A program made the position numbers and the translations under genes. Shown here piece by piece: positions 49,731-61,934 of a stretch of 64,000 nt of DNA. The DNA is from Mobula hypostoma (taxonomy: Eukaryota). Where the stretch lies: positions 10,478,001-10,542,000 of the forward strand of contig NC_086108.1 of NCBI RefSeq assembly GCF_963921235.1, in the 5' to 3' direction. Each line of letters opens with the position of its first letter. The stretch's first letter is position 1. The notes under the pieces are model-generated. The model had not been told where the DNA came from and did not search any database. It saw only the letters and a list, made by a program, of their open reading frames with translations.

Positions 49731-50797
49731 TCTTCAAAACCTCCCGAAGAGCTGATATACCTCAAGGTCACAGTTCCATGCATTATTTGTGAAGTCACTG
49801 TGACATTAAGGCTGAAAATCTAATGGCAGGTGATATTAGGGTGAGATCCATGTTGCAGGCTCATTGCTGTCATTCTGTGATTGATTCTGCTCATAACTCT
49901 GTAAATAAGTGCTTCGGCAGAGCTGTGGCATAACTAGTGCGGGAGCAAAGAGAATTCCTGTTTTATTCTGTCTTCAGAACAGGACAGAGTTCAGGGCTAC
50001 TGCATTACGGCATGTCGTAGCACTCTGATGGGGTGAGAAACACCACTGTGGAACTGAGGAGAATAGACTCCAAACTTAGATTTCTTTACAAAGTAAGTCC
50101 AAATTAATTTAAGAGTAATAGCCATTGTGACTGTATTAGAAATTCAGCACTTGTTTCGTGTAAAAACACTTCATCCAGTGAATAACAGTTACATAGTACC
50201 ACAGATGGCAGCTTGAATTAATTAATAATGACAACTGGGCATAAATTTTCTTCCTAATTAAAGGAAAGAGTTTGGTGCAGGTCGCCTTACCAAGTACCAA
50301 GAACAAATGAGCGGCAGATTTATTTATTTATTTATTGAGATACAGTGAGGAAGGCCCTTCTGTCACTTCTCCCAAGGCCACTGAAATATTACCTCTCTTG
50401 CATGCCTTTTCTACCTCCCATTGTAACTTGAAGCCCACATCCTGGCTACTGTTCAGAGGCCAGTATTTCATCCTAACAGAGTCTGTTTAACCTTTTCAGC
50501 TTCTTAACTCTACCCACAAGGACCCTATATCTTCAGGTCCCATCACTTCTTTAAGGATTTGATTTCATTTTTTACCACGTCATTCCTTCTCTCTAGCTGC
50601 CTATTTTTTCGATAGGATGTGTATCTCTCAGCGATCATTTTCTTTCAGCCAACACTCACGATACCCAAAGCATTGGACCTGTTCATCTCTAACTATGCTG
50701 GAAGCACATCTTTCTCATTTCATCTACCGTGTGACTCAAATATACCACCTTCAGCCCCGTCTTCACCACCTCTCTTCTCAAGTTTGTTTCCACGCTA

Positions 50798-51325
50798 GAG
50801 TCATGGAAAAGTACGGCGCAGAAACAGGCCCTTCAGCCCATTTAGTCCATGCCAAACCATTTAAACTGACTACTCCCATTGATCTGCATCAGGGCCAAAG
50901 CCCTCCATATCCCTACCATCCATGTGCCTATCCAAATTTCTCTTGAGCGTTGAAAACAAAATCACACCTACTACTTGCACTGGCAGTTCGTTCCACACTC
51001 ATCACCCTCTGAGTGAAGAAGTTTCCCCTCATGTTCCTCTTAAATTTTTCACCTGTCACTCTTAACCCACGACCTCTGGTTGTAGTAAAGTGCATTTCCT
51101 CTACCTGTACCCCTCATAATTTTGTATACCTTCATCAAATCCACCCCCCCCCACTCCAGTCTTCTACGTTCCAAGGAATAAAGTCCTAACCTATTCAATC
51201 TTATCTTATAACTCAGGTCCTCCAGACCCAGCAACATCCTTGTAAATTTTCTGCATTCTTTCAATCTTATTTACATTTTGTTTGTAGGAAGGCGATCGAA
51301 ACTGCACATACTACTCCAATGTTGC
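50798..51325 (-). mobile_element. CR1 3' fragment
   Basis: FTRMLLGLEDLSYKIRLNRLGLYSLERRRL. Confidence 0.85.
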
Positions 51326-51474
51326 CTAAAGTTAAATTCTCAAACCTTTCTCAACTTTTCGTCTTCTTCATTATCTGGAGACTTCAGTAACCTCTCCTGC
51401 ACTCTCCTTCCCTTTTACTTCTCTGGACTTTTTCAATCTGTTGAACCGACCACTCCCTGCTGAACATCATTACT

Positions 51475-51750
51475 TGCTGTGTCGTATGACATCATCATGA
51501 TGTGCCGTGTTGTATGACGTGGGCGATCTTGGTCTCATGTCTACAATTGTTCTTGGCAAATGTTTCTCAAGAAGTAGTTTGCCATTGCCTTCTTCTGTGC
51601 GGTATCTTTCCAAGCTGGTGGCCCCAGCCATTATTAATTCTCTTGCGAGATTGTCCACCTGGCGTGAGTGGTTGCATATCCAGGACTTGTGACATACAGC
51701 AGTTGCTCATATCTACCACCTCCTCCAATGGCTTCACGTGACCCTGATCG
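51475..51750 (-). mobile_element. BovB/Bov-A-like non-autonomous element
   Basis: Homologous to 10105-10435. Confidence 0.65.
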
Positions 51751-52430
51751 GAGGAACTCAGCAGCTCAGGCAGCATCTATGGCTATGAACAAAAGGTCGA
51801 CGTTTTGGGCCAAGACCCTTCACAGGACAGAGAAGGAAGTGGGGAAATGCCAGAATGGGGGGGACAGAAAGCAGGAGAGCTGGAAGGTGATAGGTGACAC
51901 CAGATGGATGGGAAAAGTCAAGGTCTGGAGAACAAAGAGTCTGATCGGAGAGGAGAATTGGACCAAAGGAGAAAGGGAAGGAGGAGGGGACTCAGGGAGA
52001 AGTGATAAGCGGGGGGAAGAAGTGAAAGGTCTGAGTGGGGAATAGAGGAAGGTAAGTGGGGATTTGTTAACTAAAAGGAGAAATCAATATGCATGCCATC
52101 AGGCTGGAGGTCACCAAGGTGGAATATAAGGTGTTGCTCCTTCACCTGGAGGGTGGCCTCTTCTTGGCACACGAGGAGGACTTGGATCGATACGTTGGGG
52201 CAGGAACGGGAATTGGCTACTGGGAAGCCCTGCCAGTGGTGAATGGTACAGGGGTGCTCGATGAAGCAGTCCCCCAATTTATGACGGGTCTCACCAGTGT
52301 AGGGGAGGCCACGTCGGGAGCACTGGACATTAGAGGAACCCCAGCAGATTCGCAGGTGAAGTGTTGCCTCACCAGGAAGGACTGTTTGGAGCCCTGAATG
52401 GTAGGGAGAGGGGAGGTGTAGCACTTAGGC
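51750..52430 (-). mobile_element. Penelope 3' fragment (GIY-YIG remnant)
   Basis: CSRRGLPYTGETRHKLGDCFIEH..EQHLIFHLGDLQPDGMHIDF. Confidence 0.85.
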
Positions 52431-52904
52431 TAGTTGCAAGGATAAAATGAAACTCCCTTTGGAGCCTCTTGTCAGCATGTTGTGAAAGGCTGTGATGTGG
52501 CCCTGTGACGTTAGAGACACCATTGCAACACAGTGTTGGGACTGAGCTCTAACACAGGCACACACAGAATCTCCACATAATTGCTACTAATGGCTTTAAT
52601 CACCTATAAATTAATCTGTAAAAGCAATGAGCTGGTGTCAAGACCTCTGCACAGGCTGTTTAGTTAAAGTACTTACCAAGCAACTTTCACATCCTTAGAC
52701 TTCCTTCATCCTGTAACAGTGGGAATAGGTAAGCAAACATCAACCAGCCAGGACAGAGCACGCAGTAAAAGCTAAGAGTGTAAACACATCACAGTTACCC
52801 TACGACTGGACACAAACAGGGCATTCGACCCAAATGAGCCTAGGCAGTGAGTAATCCCAGCTTTGTCACGATGAGGGGCATTGGGTATACCTATCTTCAG
52901 CTGG

Positions 52905-53070
52905 CACTGAGTCACTCCCCATTGGCTGAAAGGCTCATGAATGGCATTGGATGCAACTGTTTGTATTTCACTCTGAAGAATAGTCACTCCCATTGGCTGA
53001 AAAGCTCATGAGTGGCATTGGATGCAATTACGTCGATCTCACAGAGAGAAATGGTCACTCCCATTGGAGG
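52905..53070. repeat. Short local tandem duplication (~72-bp period)
   Basis: GTCACTCCC(C)ATTGGCTGAAA.GCTCATGA.TGGCATTGGATGCAA twice plus a partial third copy. Confidence 0.8.
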
Positions 53071-53849
53071 ATGGTGAGCCAGTGTGGAAGCTAGAGCTAA
53101 TACCTTGTCCCAATGTCCAACATCAAACTTGCCTACCACTGAGACCACCCTCTAGACTCTCGGATTATCTCTCGCTCCCTTCCTAGCTCCAGAGTAACCA
53201 TTTCATTCTACTTTACACTTGCATACTGATGAATGACAATAAAAGATCTTGAATCTTGAATAACAGCCTCGAATCGAATGGTGGGGTGGTGGGGCAGATT
53301 CAGGGAGCCTGGTGACTGACACATGCTTCCTTTTCTCTGTTCCTGTGCTGCCTGCGTGGAGTCTGCACGTTCTCCCTAGAACCATGCTCCCCCCCCCCCC
53401 CACCTCCGGAGCTCTAATTCCCTTTCTCATCCCACTAACAACACATGGGCTGTTGGATTAACTGGCTGCTGTATATTGCTCCTTGTGTGTGGGTGAGGCA
53501 TAGAATGTGGGGGGCAGTGGGGTCTGATCGCAATATGGTGGCACAATTGCATAGTAGTCACCGAAGAGACACTGAAGCTGGTGGATATGGAAGCCTTATA
53601 CCTAGCAAAAAAAGTATATAGGCATTGTATGCGAGCTTGAAGGAAAACGCCTCCCGGCCCTATATGACACGATATTTTTATATATGCTTAAGATCAAAGG
53701 TAACAGTAGGACAATTCTACAGTTACAATGTCTCTACAATGTTTCCTCGAAGTCACATATAGTTTTCACACACCTCCTTCTTCGCACCCACAATCCAGGC
53801 ACCCACTGACTCAGCTGCCTTTATGCATAAGCAGGCATCTGAGGTGCAA

Positions 53850-54430
53850 GTGGAATGGAATAGAATAGAATTTACTTAGATCTTGCATCCATCCCACAAC
53901 GTGAGGGAGTAAAATCTTTGTGTTATGACTCCATTGCAACGTACAGACATGTGAATTTAAAAGTCTAATGGCTTGTAGAAAGAAGCTGTCCCATAGCCTG
54001 GTGGTCCTGGCTTTAATGCTGCAGGAATGTTTGCTGGATGGAAGCAGCTGAAACAGTTTATGGTCGGGGTGACTGGTGACCCTGATGATCTTCCAGGCCT
54101 TCTTTCTGCACCTGCTGCTGTAAGTGTCCTCAGTGGAGGGAAGTTCACATCCACAGGTGCACTGGACTGTCTGTACCACTCCCTGCAGTGCCCAGCGATC
54201 AAGGCTGGTACAGTTCCCATACCAGGCAGTGATACAGCCAGTCAGGATGCTCTCAATTGTGCCCCTGTAGAAGGTCTTGAGGATTAGGGGGCCCACAGCG
54301 AACTTCGGTCGCCTGAGGTGGAAGACACTGTTGTGATTTTTTTGTCGCAAAGCCGATGTGGACAGTCCAGGTGAGATCTTCGGTGATGTGTATACTGAGA
54401 ATCTTGAAACTACTCACCCTCTCGGGCCGA
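53850..54430 (-). mobile_element. Rex1/Babar 3' fragment
   Basis: FYRGTIESILTGCITAWYGNC..HPDHKLFQLLPS..DSFF; (TTCTA)n tail. Confidence 0.9.
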
Positions 54431-54574
54431 GCCTGTCTCCAATCCTCCTGTAATCCTCAGTGTTCCTTTGATTGTGGTTGACCCTAACCTGTACTTCCAG
54501 GAAGCCTATTGCTCTGAGCTGTGTTTTAAACTCAATCTGTAATCCACATACAAATCTGAAGACTATTTATCTGC

Positions 54575-54832
54575 TTATTTATTAAGATAAGGCACGGAAT
54601 GGGCCCTTCTGACCTTTCAAGCTACACCAGCAATCCACCGATTTGATCCTCGCCAAATGATGGGACAATTTACAGTGACCATTTAACCTAACCCATACGT
54701 CTCCGAACTTTGAGTGGAAACCCACACGGTCACAGGGAGAATGTGTAAACTCCTTACAGGCAGTGGTGGGAATTAGACCCGGGTCACCTGTACTGTAGAG
54801 TGTCGTGCTGACCACTATGCCACCGTGGCCCC
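54575..54832 (-). mobile_element. HE1/V-SINE-like tRNA SINE
   Basis: GGCCACGGTGGCATAGTGGT head, TGTAAGGAGTTT..ATTCTCCCTGTGACCGTGTGGGTTTCC body, CR1-like tail; fragments at 28875, 43710, 53330, 57450. Confidence 0.75.
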
Positions 54833-55699
54833 CAAATTTATATTTGCTATATACCCTAACTGCAGAATACGTCCTAACATAGACTAATCTCTTTACAGCG
54901 CAAGTGACCGCTGATCGGGATTCGGTTCCCACATTCTAAAGACGTGCGATTACAGGTTAGGGTTAGTAAGTTGTGGGCATGCCACGTTGATGCTGGAAGT
55001 ATGGTCCCCCAGCGCAGTCCTTGCAGATCTGATTCAGCAAATGTGATGCCATTTTGAAGTTTCAATGCATGTCTGACAAATAAAACTAATCTTTCTCTTT
55101 ATGAATGTGATTTTTGTTAGATTGGTTGAAATCGGTGGATGTTTCCACTTTCTGCAAGATAAGTATTTATTTATTTTGTAATTTAAATCAAATTTAATGC
55201 CTCTGTTCCGTACTGCTACCACAAACTACACTTCAGCCGTGTCGCTGATAATGAACATGGTTGTGATTGTGACTCTGGTGGACGGTTAGCATGAGCTCAC
55301 TGAGCTGTAGTGTTATTTCTATAGTCAGAGACTCATAGAACAGTACAACATAGATTCAGGCCCTTTGGCCCATCTAGTCCATGCAAACCCATTGATCACA
55401 TTCCCTGCCATATCTCCTAGTGACTCTGTGTGCGAGTGACCACTACAAGAATGGTTCCCGTGCCTGTGAACTTTGGAAGGCAGCAGTAGTATTGAGAAAC
55501 CCAAGCACAATTAGCCTCAATTCTTTTCCTTGCCTTCTGGTTCTGAGCAATGTGGGATATCTGGATGTGATTCCCTTTAATGTGGGGCAGTGGTCATCAG
55601 AGATCCGCTCCATGTGGTGTGGACAGAGACAGGACTTGGCCCTATGATAAGGAGCTACAGGGTAACTGGAGTCTGAGCTTTTTTGCTCAAAGTTACACC

Positions 55700-55895
55700 C
55701 CGCCCCACACACCCACACACACACACTTATACACACACATATACACCTATACACGCACAAACATGCACACACACAGACACACCTACATATACACAAAAAT
55801 GCACATACACACAGACATACACACACACACTCACACACCCACGCACACAGACACACCTATACACCCACGCATGCAATCACACACATTCTCACACA
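55700..55895. repeat. Imperfect (CA)n microsatellite
   Basis: Direct reading. Confidence 0.9.
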
Positions 55896-55917
55896 AGGAG
55901 GAGAGACAGTGTCCTCG

Positions 55918-56066
55918 GGTGAGTGACCAGATGAGGTGATGTGCGGGAGGGTGTGTGACAAGGCAGAGAGATGGCATCGTCAGGTGAGTGACCAGATGAG
56001 GTGATGTGCGGGAGGGTGTGTGACAAGGCAGAGAGATGGCATCGTCAGGTGTGTGACCAGATGAGG
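55918..56066. repeat. 65-bp tandem repeat, ~2.3 copies
   Basis: Identical units start at 55918 and 55983, partial unit at 56048. Confidence 0.9.
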
Positions 56067-56561
56067 AGGGTCTAAAATAGTTGGTATCTGACGTGGAGAG
56101 GAGACGAGGAAACATTTCTCTGCCCGAGGTTTTTTATGCTGCCGAAGGTGCGTGAGATCAGTTTGAGCAGCGTCTGTGATTAAAGCGGAATGTCAGCTCA
56201 GAATAAAACTGCAAGGAAGGTGATGTATGACCTTTTCAGCTGTGTCTGGATACCCTGGCACCAAGGAAATACTCAGCTAATCATGTTAATCCTTCAAAAA
56301 TGTGTTTGAAACAAGCCTGACATTGCTTTCAGTGCAGTCAGATGTTCAGTTGAAAAGGTTAGCTAGTGGACACTCTCCAGAATCTCCCACAAGGCAGCTC
56401 ACCGATTGGTTTGGCTTAGCGCTCACTCCTTCCCATCCACCCAGCATTCTCCAAGGTGCTTCATTCCGATCAAGTTTGCGGAAGACGGGCTAACAAGGAG
56501 GGAGCAGCGTTACTGGAGCTGCTGTCTTGCATGCCAAGACATTAGCTAGAGAGAAGACAGC

Positions 56562-57075
56562 ACATGCTATATATAGTTAAGATGCATAAGACTTTTGCAC
56601 AATACTGTAGTAATTTTATGTATTGCACTGTACTGCAACCACAAAATTAAACAAATTTAATGGCATATGTGAGTGATGATAAACCTGGGACTCTGTTGTG
56701 GACTGAGATTGGGAAGGGGGCAGGGAGAGGGGAATCATGGTTGGGAAAAGGGGAAGGGAGAGGGGAGGGAAGGGAAGCACCAGGGAGACATTCTGTAATG
56801 ATCGATAAACCAACTGTCTGAAATCAATCTTTCCTGGAGTCTCAGAGCCGGGTGTGTCTGCACCCGTGGCCCCACCCCCCCACCCCTGACGTTCCTTCTC
56901 TGCCACCTGCCCCACACCCCTCCCGCGACGCTCCACCCTCACCATTCCTAACATCCTTTTCTCCCACCAGATTTACAAACTCGCTCTCTGCTCCACGTGG
57001 ACAAAAACAGTCCTGTGCAAAAGCCCTGGGCACCTGGCTGTATGTCTCTGTGCTTAAGTCTTTTGCATAGTACTG
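56562..57075. mobile_element. Second copy of the palindromic-TIR MITE
   Basis: Collinear with 42939-43411. Confidence 0.65.
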
Positions 57076-57169
57076 GATTTGTCTGCTAGTCTCAATCTTT
57101 CTCTTTCTCTTTGAATAGGGGTGTTACATTGATGTTTGTATCAACAATTCGTTAAATGAAAACGACGGG

Positions 57170-57445
57170 GAGACTAGAGGTCATGGATTAAGGGTGAAAG
57201 GTGGAAAGTTTAAGGGGAGAATGAGGGGAAATCTCTTCACTCAGAGGATGGTGAGAGTGTGGAATGAGCTGCCAGTGCGAATGGTACATGTGAGCTCAAT
57301 TTCAACAGTTACGAGAAGTTTGGATAGGTACATGGATGGTAGGGTATGGAGGGCTGTGGTCCCGGTACATATCAATGGGAGTAGGCAGTTTAAATAGTTT
57401 TGCCATGGACTAAACGGGCTGAAAGGCCTGTTTCTGTGCAGTACT
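57170..57445 (+). mobile_element. CR1 3' end
   Basis: GGKFKGRMRGNLFTQRMVRVWNELP. Confidence 0.85.
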
Positions 57446-58019
57446 TTTACATGATTAACCTGCCAACTGGTATGTCTTTGGACTCTGGGAGGAAACCAGA
57501 GCACCCGGAGGAAACCAACGCAGTCATGGGGACAGCGTACAAACCCCTTACAAGCTGTAGTGGAGAAGAGTAAAGTTCATGGGAATTTGATGGACATCTT
57601 GGAGGAAGTGGGCCAAAGGCCCTCTTTTTTTATTGTGTCAGTCTGTTCTTCTATGATATACTCAGTTGTAAATTCCTCTCTTTGTTTCCTTTCTATTTGA
57701 CAATGACACAATATATTTTATCAAATATCTGCTGCTCTTGGTCTGAGAGTTGGGCAGGCAGTTGAGACCTAAAAGCTTGGAACTTTGGAATTTAGAATTG
57801 AAAAGCTCGTCTTGCAGACTGTTCTTTTCCAGTCTTTTTATTGATCTTCAAAATTTTAAACATAACAATAATATTGATAAACAGAGAATGGGATTACATT
57901 ATTGATAGCTAACATTTGCAAATATAAAATTGCTGATAGTACAAGTATGTTAGATCTCCCCAACTTTAAACATAATTGAATGCAGTCTGTTCATACAGAT
58001 CAAATTATTTCACAGTTGG

Positions 58020-58705
58020 GTTGGGTTGAGTTGTTCTCTGATCTTGGCATCCACTTGCAAACATTTTGTCACCATGCGAGGAGACACCATGAGTCTGCTG
58101 TTGAGTGTAGTTGTCCTCCAAATGCTTGGCCTTTAAATACTCTTCAGTCAGCTGATTTGATGACTCAATTGTGATGTGGGGAGGTGTTCTCGTTGCCAAT
58201 TGGTTGCGTGATGAACTTCATGTGTTGTGATGTATCATTTTGCACATTTTGGCTTATAAATAGGATTGAGGTCTACATGTCTTTTCGCAGAAGACCATGA
58301 TTCTAGGCAGGCCACATGCTTGCTTGCGCCATGACTTTCACTGATACGCAGTTGAATTTGTGCCCCTCTTGATCTTCATGGGTGGAGACAAAGAAGAGTT
58401 GGTCATGTTGCTTCACAGCCAGTTGATGTTCATGGATCTTTATGGTTAGTCTTCTCTAGTTTGGCTGATATAATATTTGTTGCAGCCCCTGCTTCGGAGT
58501 TTGTAGACTACATTGGTTTTGGTTTGTTCTTTTGGTCTGCAGAGTAGTCTCCTCAACGTTGCTGTTGGCTTGTGTGCAACCAGAATTCTGCGCTCGTGGA
58601 GCAGTTGGGAGACCATTTCTGAGATGTTTTGAATGTATGGAAGAACAACTGGACTGGTGGTTTCTTGGTTAGTGCATTGTTGACCTCGTAGACATCTTCC
58701 ACAGT
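58020..58705 (-). mobile_element. Second Penelope family, GIY-YIG fragment
   Basis: LPYIQNISE..VAHKPTATLRRLL..TNVVYKL..CNKYYISQT..IHEHQLAVKQHD. Confidence 0.85.
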
Positions 58706-59009
58706 ATATTGAGGTATGGTAAAACAGTAAAAAGTGTAGAATAAAGTGTAGCAGAGAGAAAATGTAGCGTATGTAGACAATAAGGTGCAAGATCACAATG
58801 AGGTCAAATGTCCATCTTATCCTATCAGGGAACTACTCAATAATAGCTGGACAGAAGCTATTGAGCCTGGTGGTACATATTTGTAGGCTTTTGTAGCTTC
58901 TGTCCAGTGGAAGGGCAGACAGAATGTCCAGGGGTGAGAGTGATCTTTGATTATGATGGGTGATTTACTGAGGCAGTGAGAAGGATAGACAGAGTCCATA
59001 AAGAGGGTG

Positions 59010-59322
59010 TGGGCACGTGGCCAAGTGGGTAAGGCATTGGACTAGTGACCTGAAGGTCGTGAGTTCGAGCCCCAGCCGAGGCAATGTGTTGTGTCCTTGA
59101 GCAAGGCACTTAACCACACATTGCTCTGCGACGACACCGGTGCCAAGCTGTATGGGTTCTAATGCCCTTCCCTTGGACAACATTGGTGTCGTGGAGAGGG
59201 GAGACATGCAGCATGGGCAATCACTGGGCTTCCATACCACCTTGCCCAGGCCTGCGCCCTGGAGAGTGAAGACTTTCCAGGTGCAGTTCCATGGTCTTGC
59301 AAGACTAATGGATGCCTTTTTT
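59010..59322 (+). mobile_element. tRNA SINE inserted in a Rex1 fragment
   Basis: Same family as 42147. Confidence 0.85.
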
Positions 59323-59424
59323 TCATATAAAGGGGAGGATGGTTTCTGTGATGTGCTGAACTGTGTCCATAACTCTGTGCAGTTTCTTGTGGTGATGGGC
59401 AGAGCAGATTCCTCACTCTTTTTA

Positions 59425-60030
59425 AACACGAGAAAGACTGCGGATACTGGAAACCCAAAGCAACACACACAAAATGCTGGAGGAACTCTGCAGGTCAGGC
59501 AGCATCTATGGAAATGAAAAGATAGTTGAAGTTTCAGACTAAGATCTTTCTTCAGGACTGAGAAGGAAGGGGGAAGGTGCCAGAATGAAAAGGTGGGGGG
59601 AGGGAGGGAGGCTAGCTGGAAGGTGATAGGTGAAGCCAGGTGGGTGGGAAAGGTAAAGGGCTGGAGAAGAAGGAATCTGATAGGAGAAGAGAGTGGACCA
59701 TAGGAGAAAGGGAAGGAGGAGGGGACTCAGGGAAGTAATAAACAAGTGAGAACAAATAAAAGATCAAGAGTGGGGAATAGAGAAAGGGGGTGGGAATTTG
59801 TTTTACTGGAGAAGAAATTGGTATTTATGCCATCAGGTTAGAGGCTAACCAGACGGAATATAAAGCGTTCCTCCATCCTGAGAGTGGTCTTGTCGTGGTG
59901 CAAAGGAGACCATGGACTGGCACATCGGAATGGGAAAGGGAATCAGAATTAAACTGTTTGGCCACCGGGAAGTCCCGTCTGTGCTGGTGCAGAGGTGTTC
60001 GATGAAGTGGTCACCCAATTTGCGACTGCT
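59425..60030 (-). mobile_element. Penelope 3' fragment
   Basis: Collinear with 40775-41460 and 51750-52430. Confidence 0.8.
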
Positions 60031-60349
60031 CTCACATCAGGAGAACCAGACACAATAGAGCATCACTCTTTTGTTGTGAAGATCTTGAGCTTGCCTGCCT
60101 TCCTTGCAAGCTTCCAACTTCCACTGCCTTGAGCGAGAGGGCAGTGTTCTGAGGGAAGTTGCCAAGAGATGCAGAGATGGGAATCTTCCTTTTCTGATGA
60201 AGGATTTTGGGAATGGCATTAGGTGGCATTAGATGGCTCACTCTAATACTATCCTCATTATTTAGGTTCGGAACAAGTGTCCCAAAGAGTCCCTGCCTTC
60301 GAGACATTAAAGCTTTGGGAAAATCCCAGCCCAGTTTAGAAGGCTTATA

Positions 60350-61290
60350 GAATACTTGCTTTTATTATTCAAGACATTGAGTTCAAAAGTCAAGAAGTTA
60401 TGTTGCAAATTTATAAAGCTCTAGTTAGCTTTCATCTGTAGTATTACGTACAATTCGGTTGCCCCGCTATAGGAAGGATGTTGAAGATTTGGAGAGGGTG
60501 CAGAAGTGGTTTACTAGGATGCTGCCTGGTTTAGAAGGCATGTGCTGTGATGAAAAGCTGGATAAACTTGGGTTGTTTTCTCTGGAGCAGCAGCTGAGGG
60601 GAGATCTGATTGAGGCTTATAAGATTATAAGAGGCATAGATAGAGTGCAGGCACGTGGCCAAGTGGTTAAGGCATTCGACTAGCGACCTGAAGGTCGTGA
60701 GTTCGAGCCCCAGCTGAGGCAGCGTGTTGTGTCCTTGAGCAAGGCACTTAACCACACAGTGCTCTGAGATGACACCGGTGCCAAGCTGTATCGGCCCTTG
60801 CCCTTCCCTTGGACAACATCAGTGGAGAGGGAGAGACTTGCAGCATGGGCAACTGCCAGTCTTCCATACAACCTTGCCCAGGCCTGCGCCCTGGAGAGTG
60901 AAGACTTTCCAGGCACAGATCCATGGTCTCTCAGGACTAACAGATACCTTATTATTAGATAGAGTAGGCAATGAAAATCTTTTTCCCAGGGTTGAAATGT
61001 TAATAGCAAATGGTATGCATTGAAGGTGAGAATGGGTAGGTTCAAGGGGGAATGTGAGGGCTAAGTTTTATACTCAGTGGTGGATGCTGATATGCGCTGC
61101 CTGGTGTGGTGGTAGGGGCAAACACATTTGAGGCTTTTAAGAGACGTTCAGATAAATACATGAATGTGAGGAAGATGGTGGGCTATGGACATTATATAGA
61201 CAGGAGGAATTAGATTTGCTTTTTAGCTGGTTGGGCACAACATTGTGAGCTGGATGACCTGTTCCTGTGTTGTATTGTTCAATGTTCTAG
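60350..61290 (+). mobile_element. CR1 3' fragment split by a tRNA SINE (60647-60955)
   Basis: PRYRKDVEDLERVQKWFTRMLPGL; SINE TSD TAGATAGAGT at 60637-46 and 60956-65. Confidence 0.9.
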
Positions 61291-61934
61291 CTCCAAGCAG
61301 AGAAATAAGAGAGAGGCAATGGCAGGAATCCACTTCTGAAAGATTCCAAGGAGAGGAAGTGGGCACAGAGAGAGTACAACTAGAGTAGAGCTCCTGATAC
61401 AGTGGTTAGGCTCCAGAATGCAGAAAATATAGCTGGCTGGTACCGGTGCTGGGTATGTTTGGTGCTGCTGGGGAAGTTTCCTTAGGATGGCTGTCAGAGC
61501 TTGCATCAGTCTGTGGTCTGCGCAGAGCAAGGGCTGTAATTAGTAAATGAAAGTAATTAGAGACTGTGGGGATTTGAAGGATTTTGCCTTGGTACCTGGT
61601 GCTCAGTATGCATAATTCAATAGCAGATTGTTTTGCACAGAGGAGCTACATGATCTACACTGGGCCCCACACGGAAGAACACCATTTTATGTATATCATA
61701 CAGCAGAATTCCTGGGAATCAGAGCCACAAACCTGTTGGGCATTTCATTCCACATGCATGTTGCTAAGGCAACCACAGCCTAATTAAAAATTGCAATAAT
61801 CAATAACAATATTTACATTTCTGGAAATGAATGCTTCAGTCATAGTGCAGAAGACAAAGGGGAAGATGGGAGAAGAGATGGAGATAGAGAAATTATGAGA
61901 GAAGGAGATAAAAGAGAAGTGAAAGGAGATCAAG

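Noticed and set aside
53536..53792. Possible solo LTR
   Set aside because: TG..CA ends and TATA-like motif, but no TSD or second copy visible; unsupported
57825..57990. Possible L1/Tx1 3' UTR on the minus strand
   Set aside because: Only a T-run and polyA-like signal; no coding evidence
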